Positions 59,017-64,000 of a stretch of 64,000 nucleotides of DNA are shown piece by piece; within the stretch, counting starts at the first letter, position 1, and each line of letters opens with the position of its first letter. Position numbers and translations under genes: made by a program. The DNA is from an uncultured Chlorobiaceae bacterium (GTDB taxonomy: Bacteria; Bacteroidota; Ignavibacteria; UBA10030; SZUA-254): contig CAYPFY010000012.1 in the NCBI GenBank assembly GCA_964410105.1, positions 1 to 64,000 on the forward strand, written 5' to 3'. The notes beneath the pieces are model-generated. The model ran no database searches. It was not told the DNA's origin and saw only the letters and a program-made list of their open reading frames with translations.

Positions 59017-60177
59017 TCAATATACCTTCCTGACTGCCACTTCGTCTGAACTGACGGACCCAACGACGGGAACCTGGCGAGCTCGAGGGTGGAGATCCGT
59101 CTGAGAGGAGATGTTCAACAGCACGCCAAGAGCAGCAGCCGAAAAAACCATCGACGAGCCCCCATAACTGACAAACGGCATGGGCAATCCTGTCGTCGGG
59201 AAGATCCCAAGCGTCACGCCGCCGTTGATGAGCGCATAGAGGGTAACCGCGCACGTAATGGCGACGGCAAGATTTCGTCCGAAACTATCGAGAGCGAATC
59301 GTGCGATCCGGAAGCCTCGAATCATTATGACTAGGAATACGATCATAACGAACATTGTCCCGACAAATCCATACTCTTCACCGACGATCGAGAAGACGAA
59401 GTCTCCATACGACTCTGGCAGGAAGAAATCACGCTGCTTGCTCTCTCCTGGTCCTACACCAAAAATGCCGCCGTTTCCAAATCCAAGAATCCCCTGCCAG
59501 ACCTGGTAGTTGGTCTTTGCGCTGCCCCCACTGAGAAACCCCACGACTCGTGCACGACGGTATTCGGCCCCCATCATGTAAACCGCAAGCACGGGGAGAA
59601 GGACGGCAAATATGAGCGCAAGATGGGACATTCTCGCTCTTCCGAGAAAGAGCATCACAAAACTGATTAAGAATATCATTGATGCCATGCTGAAATTTGG
59701 TTGCAGCATTACCAATCCTGAGACCAGCCCAATCCATACCATCAGTGGAACCAATCCTCTCTTCAAGTCGCGAATGAGCTCGCCCTTCATGCTGATCAGC
59801 GTGCAAAGGTGGAATAAGAGCGCGTATTTGGCGAATTCCGATGGCTGGAAACCAATACTGCTCCAGCGCAGCCAGCGCGTGGCCCCTTTTGCCTCGCCGC
59901 CGAGCAGTAAGGTAATAACGAGAAGGACAACGGCGCTGAAAATTCCCAATTTTGTGAATCGCTGGAGCTTATGGTAGTCGATTTTCAGTCCGACAAAGAG
60001 GCAGATCATGCCCAAGAAGACCTTGATGGCATGGCTTAACAACATTTTCTCACTCTCGCCGTACTTCGCCATAGCGTAAGACGCTGAGGCGCTATAAACA
60101 ACTCCCAGGCTAAGCAGCATCAGAGAAAGCACCGAGATCAGAAGCGCCAGGTCGATATGATTTCGATGGTCATCCAT
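59017..60177 (-). CDS. ftsW: Cell division peptidoglycan polymerase FtsW (SEDS family)
   Basis: FtsW/RodA/SpoVE family 10-TM protein; located between murD and murG. Confidence 0.85.
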   Translation of the reverse strand: MDDHRNHIDLALLISVLSLMLLSLGVVYSASASYAMAKYGESEKMLLSHAIKVFLGMICLFVGLKIDYHKLQRFTKLGIFSAVVLLVITLLLGGEAKGATRWLRWSSIGFQPSEFAKYALLFHLCTLISMKGELIRDLKRGLVPLMVWIGLVSGLVMLQPNFSMASMIFLISFVMLFLGRARMSHLALIFAVLLPVLAVYMMGAEYRRARVVGFLSGGSAKTNYQVWQGILGFGNGGIFGVGPGESKQRDFFLPESYGDFVFSIVGEEYGFVGTMFVMIVFLVIMIRGFRIARFALDSFGRNLAVAITCAVTLYALINGGVTLGIFPTTGLPMPFVSYGGSSMVFSAAALGVLLNISSQTDLHPRARQVPVVGSVSSDEVAVRKVY

Positions 60178-60183
60178 GAATTG

Positions 60184-61581
60184 CTAGAGAGAATTCACAA
60201 ATTGTTTAAAGGACCGGCCACGATGCTCGTAGTTTTCAAACCAATCGAACGACGCGCACGCCGGAGAGAGCAGAACGACATCGCCCGGCGAGGCCAGGCT
60301 GGAGGCAGTGTGAACAGCTTCCTGCATTGAATGTGCCTTTACAACCTTCACTACTCCGCTGAAAGCATGATAGACTTTATCGGCAGATTCCCCGATGGCG
60401 ACGACTGATCTTACGTGCTTCCTGACGAGAGCATGGAGAAGTGAATAATCATTCCCCTTGTCACGCCCTCCGAGCATGAGAATAATCGGCTGCTTGAATG
60501 ATTGAAGCGCATAGGCAACCGAATCAGTATTTGTGGCCTTCGAATCATTGACGTAAGTCACTCCATGCAATTCACGAACGAATTCGAGCCTGTGTTCAAT
60601 ACCCTTAAAATTTGATAATGTGGCTCGTAGCGATGGAACGGGAATATTGAAGATTACTCCGACGAGTGTCGCGGCCATGGAATTATAGAGATTATGCACT
60701 CCTCGTATGCTTATCCGATCAATCTCGATGATCTCTGAACGCTTTTTCTCAAAGACCGTAACCAATTTACCCTGCTCTATGAATGCTCCCTCGCCATAAC
60801 GTTGCTGGAGCCCGAACGGGATTGCCCGGACATGAGTTGTTGCCAAACGCTTGACATGGTTGAATATTTGCTCGTCATCAAAATTGTATAGAAGATAATC
60901 TTGAATCGTTTGATTCTTGAATATTCTACATTTCGATTCCACATATTTTTCAAAATTGCCTTCATACCTGTCCAAGTGATCTGGAGTAATATTCAGCAGT
61001 ACTGAAACCCGCGGTCTAAATGAAGAGATGTGATCAAGCTGGAAACTACTGATTTCGAGAATTGCCACGGCGTTTTCATCAAGGTCCGGGATGAGAGAGG
61101 AGAAGGGTATCCCAATATTCCCGCCGACGTAATGCCTGCGTTTCGCATCATGGAATATCCTTCCAATCAAACTCGTGGTAGTTGTTTTCCCATTTGTCCC
61201 CGTTACACCGATGATTGGCGCCCGACAGAACCAGCTCGCTAACTCCAGCTCGCTGATGATTTTCACCCCCCTTCCTTCTGCCTCACGGAGGATGGGGAGG
61301 GTCGACGGTATTCCGGGACTGACAACGATTAGATCGGAATCAAGAGCGCGCTTCGTATGGGCACCAGTCTCCACCTCAATGCCCAGGGATCGGAGTACTG
61401 ATGTCGACGATGCTAGTAATTCCTCCCGACTGCTGTCAGTGACGAAGACTATTGCACCGCGCTGGCGGAGCAATTGTGCAACGGCAAGGCCGCTACGAGC
61501 AGCACCTATTACTGAGATTCTCTTTCCCCGTACGCTCGATGTTTCCATAACTGTGTCGTTTACGGTCCCGATCTCTTCCAT
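60184..61581 (-). CDS. murD: UDP-N-acetylmuramoylalanine--D-glutamate ligase
   Basis: ISVIGAARSGLAVAQLL N-terminus, GTNGKTTTTSLI P-loop, Mur ligase C-domain. Confidence 0.9.
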   Translation of the reverse strand: MEEIGTVNDTVMETSSVRGKRISVIGAARSGLAVAQLLRQRGAIVFVTDSSREELLASSTSVLRSLGIEVETGAHTKRALDSDLIVVSPGIPSTLPILREAEGRGVKIISELELASWFCRAPIIGVTGTNGKTTTTSLIGRIFHDAKRRHYVGGNIGIPFSSLIPDLDENAVAILEISSFQLDHISSFRPRVSVLLNITPDHLDRYEGNFEKYVESKCRIFKNQTIQDYLLYNFDDEQIFNHVKRLATTHVRAIPFGLQQRYGEGAFIEQGKLVTVFEKKRSEIIEIDRISIRGVHNLYNSMAATLVGVIFNIPVPSLRATLSNFKGIEHRLEFVRELHGVTYVNDSKATNTDSVAYALQSFKQPIILMLGGRDKGNDYSLLHALVRKHVRSVVAIGESADKVYHAFSGVVKVVKAHSMQEAVHTASSLASPGDVVLLSPACASFDWFENYEHRGRSFKQFVNSL

Positions 61582-61585
61582 GACG

Positions 61586-62743
61586 TCAGCGCACTTTAAA
61601 GGTGGCTAAACTCAGGATCATCAGGAGAATGGCGATGATATAGAACCTGGTGACTATCTTCGGCTCCGGCCAGCCGATCATCTCGAAGTGGTGATGAAGA
61701 GGAGCCATCCTAAAGACCCGTTTCCCCTCACCGTACTTTTGCCTTGTGTACTTAAAATACGTGCGCTGAATTATCACCGACGCAGTTTCCATCAGAAAAA
61801 CCCCTCCGAGAGTCGGAAGCAAGAGTTCTTTCTTCGTGAGGACGCAAAGCGTGCCGATTGCACCTCCAAGTGCGAGTGAGCCCGTATCGCCCATAAAGAC
61901 TTGCGCGGGGTAGGCATTGAACCACAGGAAGCCCAGCGAAGCACCTACCAGGGCAGCACAATATATACTGAGCTCGCCATTACCGCGAAGGAAGGGAATC
62001 GTCAGGTACCAGCTGAGGTCCGTACGCCCAGAAATGTAGCACATCACGGCCAGTGTGAGCCCCACGATTCCAACGGTCCCGGCAGCAAGCCCGTCGAGAC
62101 CATCCGTCAGATTGACCGCATTGCTCGTCGCTACAATGACAAATATCACCATGGGAATGTAGAGCAATCCAAAGTCGACTTCCATATTCTTGAAGAAGGG
62201 CATCGTTGTGCTCGATTTCAGCTTCCACAGATCAATGTCGATGTACTGGGGGAAAAAATAAATCACGCTTCCCACGACCAATCCGACAAAGATCTGACCG
62301 AAGAGTTTATACTCTTCAATCAATCCTTTTGGCTTATTCTTTACGACCTTCAGGTAATCGTCAAGAAACCCCACCGCGCCAAGCATTGTCGTCACAAACA
62401 GGATAATCTGCACATAGCCGTTCCACAAATCGGCCCATAGGAGAGACGGCACGATGATAGCAGAGATTACTATAAGCCCACCCATTGTGGGGGTGCCGGC
62501 TTTCGTCAGATGGCTTTTGGGAGCCTCGAGTTTCGCAGACTCACCGATCTGGTGCTCCCTGAGAAGGCGTATGATCTTGGGTCCGAGCCAAAACGCAATT
62601 ACCAGAGCTGTGATCGCCGATGCTCCGGCGCGAAACGATATATAGTGGAACAAGCCGAAGCCGGGCGGATTGAACCTTCTCCGTATAACCTCCAAGAGAT
62701 AATAGAGCATTAGTTCCCTTTTGACATTTCTAGGCGCTTCCAC
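61586..62743 (-). CDS. mraY: Phospho-N-acetylmuramoyl-pentapeptide transferase
   Basis: MraY family motifs (NAVNLTDGLDGLAAG, FMGDTGSLALGG). Confidence 0.9.
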   Translation of the reverse strand: MEAPRNVKRELMLYYLLEVIRRRFNPPGFGLFHYISFRAGASAITALVIAFWLGPKIIRLLREHQIGESAKLEAPKSHLTKAGTPTMGGLIVISAIIVPSLLWADLWNGYVQIILFVTTMLGAVGFLDDYLKVVKNKPKGLIEEYKLFGQIFVGLVVGSVIYFFPQYIDIDLWKLKSSTTMPFFKNMEVDFGLLYIPMVIFVIVATSNAVNLTDGLDGLAAGTVGIVGLTLAVMCYISGRTDLSWYLTIPFLRGNGELSIYCAALVGASLGFLWFNAYPAQVFMGDTGSLALGGAIGTLCVLTKKELLLPTLGGVFLMETASVIIQRTYFKYTRQKYGEGKRVFRMAPLHHHFEMIGWPEPKIVTRFYIIAILLMILSLATFKVR

Positions 62744-62830
62744 GCGCTAGGCTGTCCATCACATCAATAGCACTCATCAGGCCCACTAAAATAGGCAGAG
62801 TTTTTCGGAGCACAATCCCTTTGAGCAGAT

Positions 62831-64000
62831 TCATGCCGCCTTTTTCCTAAGTCGGTTCACGATGTAGGTCACGATGTCCTCCATCTTCATGCCCCTCGAT
62901 CCCTTGACAAGAACGATGTCGCCTGGTGAGAGGATGTCTGCGAGATACTCAGCCAAGTGCTGCTTCTTCTCGAAATGAACCTTCGCTTTCACACGAACTG
63001 CGTTACATAGATGCCGAGCCATCTCGCCGATGGTCAAAAGGTATTCGAGGCGCATCTTTCCCATAGTTTTGCCGAGTATAATATGTTGACGGATGGAGGA
63101 TCTCCCCAATTCCAGCATATCGCCAAGAACAACGATCTTTTTCCCTTCGGATTTCATTGATTTGAGAGTACTAAGTGCGGAAATTACCGAGTCCGGGTTG
63201 GCATTATAAGTATCATTCAGGATTCTCACGCTTGCCACCTCCAAAGCTTCCATCCTTTTCCCTATCGGGACAAAACGGCTCAACGAGGTTTGAATATCCC
63301 TTGTTCGAACCTCGAAAGAGAGACCCACGCTGGCCGCAGCAAGGGCGTTCATCATGGCATGTCTACCAGGCACCGATAATCGGACGACAAATTCCGATCC
63401 CGTACCGGTGTGGACAGAGAAATCTACGCATCCGTTCTTCCGGGCGCGGAGAAACTGACCGCGCACCTGGTTCGAGCGCTTGGAAAAGCCATACGTTACC
63501 GTCCTTCTGACTATCCTCGCCTGACGCAGAACATGTGCATCATCGGTATTGACAAATGCCGTCCCCGATTGAGCGAGGCTGGTGAACAGTTCGCCCTCGG
63601 CCGCTTCAACTCCCGAGAGATTTCCAAAGAACTCTAAGTGTTCACGTCCAACATTTGTAATGAGTCCGTGTGTCGGTTCGAGAATCTCACAAAGATGCTC
63701 TAGTTCCCCGAAATGATTTGTTCCAACCTCAATGACTGCGATCTCATGTTTAGCGTTCAACCTCAATAATGATTGGGGAACCCCGATATGATTGTTCAGA
63801 TTTCCTTCGGTGCTCAGCACACAATATCGTGTGCCCAGGACTGCCCTAATCATTTCCTTCGTTGTGGTCTTACCGTTACTCCCGGCGACAGCTATCACAG
63901 GAATATCATATTTGTTCCGCCAGATGTTCGCTAGATTCCCATACGCTCTTGTCGTGTTTTCCACAATGACGAGCGGGTATGATCGCCACTGTGTTGGATT
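62831..64000 (-). CDS. murF: UDP-N-acetylmuramoyl-tripeptide--D-alanyl-D-alanine ligase, C-terminal part (N-terminus beyond window end)
   Basis: VIAVAGSNGKTTTKEMI P-loop and Mur ligase C-domain; reading frame remains open to the end of the window. Confidence 0.85.
   Translation of the reverse strand, partial: NPTQWRSYPLVIVENTTRAYGNLANIWRNKYDIPVIAVAGSNGKTTTKEMIRAVLGTRYCVLSTEGNLNNHIGVPQSLLRLNAKHEIAVIEVGTNHFGELEHLCEILEPTHGLITNVGREHLEFFGNLSGVEAAEGELFTSLAQSGTAFVNTDDAHVLRQARIVRRTVTYGFSKRSNQVRGQFLRARKNGCVDFSVHTGTGSEFVVRLSVPGRHAMMNALAAASVGLSFEVRTRDIQTSLSRFVPIGKRMEALEVASVRILNDTYNANPDSVISALSTLKSMKSEGKKIVVLGDMLELGRSSIRQHIILGKTMGKMRLEYLLTIGEMARHLCNAVRVKAKVHFEKKQHLAEYLADILSPGDIVLVKGSRGMKMEDIVTYIVNRLRKKAA

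Noticed and set aside
1-64000. CRISPR arrays, transposases, integrases, phage genes
   Set aside because: No regularly spaced direct repeats and no recognisable mobile-element or phage proteins in any frame. The window looks like core chromosome.

Overview
This 64 kb window comes from a fairly high-GC bacterium, with most genes packed into operons. It is dominated by cell-envelope biology and contains no CRISPR array, transposase or integrase.

- **Left edge and LPS core operon.** The window starts inside the 5' end of a 16S rRNA gene on the minus strand. Just upstream on the same strand is an LPS-core operon of GT9 heptosyltransferase, MOSC protein, KdtA/WaaA and a lone LarC-family protein.
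- **Sensor kinase, macro protein and a repeat protein.** A sensor histidine kinase with cNMP-binding and GAF domains is co-transcribed with a macro-domain protein. Diverging from it is a secreted protein built from four internal repeats of about 145 aa that I cannot assign to any family.
- **Envelope-stress and periplasmic enzymes.** There is a Tat-signal glycosylasparaginase-type Ntn hydrolase, an ECF sigma / zinc-finger (ZAS) anti-sigma / TlpA-thioredoxin module and a thiL remnant. An MFS transporter and a Tat-signal class-V aminotransferase follow. Further along are pdxH, a CPXCG zinc-ribbon miniprotein, an SPFH protein and an LD-carboxypeptidase.
- **Elongasome and purines.** purN-purH-mreB-mreC-mreD-mrdA-rodA form one contiguous plus-strand run.
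- **Pentose-phosphate genes and T9SS cargo.** A minus-strand tkt-gnd-pgl cluster is followed by a TolB-like propeller gene. Three large secreted proteins end in the Por/T9SS C-terminal sorting domain (last residues LIK/LLLIK): an alpha/beta-hydrolase with FN3 domains, an Asp-box (BNR) beta-propeller and an S1/P1 nuclease. The nuclease gene overlaps the 3' end of a LonC-like protease gene (AAA_32 plus S16 domains).
- **Nucleotide metabolism.** dcd and pyrF follow on the plus strand.
- **Division cluster.** A long minus-strand dcw cluster runs murF-mraY-murD-ftsW-murG-(two small membrane proteins)-murC-murB-ftsQ-ftsA-ftsZ. Beyond a hairpin terminator it is followed by a DUF4159-like / DUF4175-like pair.

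The gene pair after ftsZ, the dcw-embedded membrane proteins, the four-repeat protein and the LonC-like/nuclease pair are the best candidates for uncharacterised biology. Readily visible Shine-Dalgarno sites (for example AGGAG before ftsZ) together with T9SS cargo tails suggest an FCB-group lineage that still uses SD translation initiation, unlike Bacteroidetes proper.
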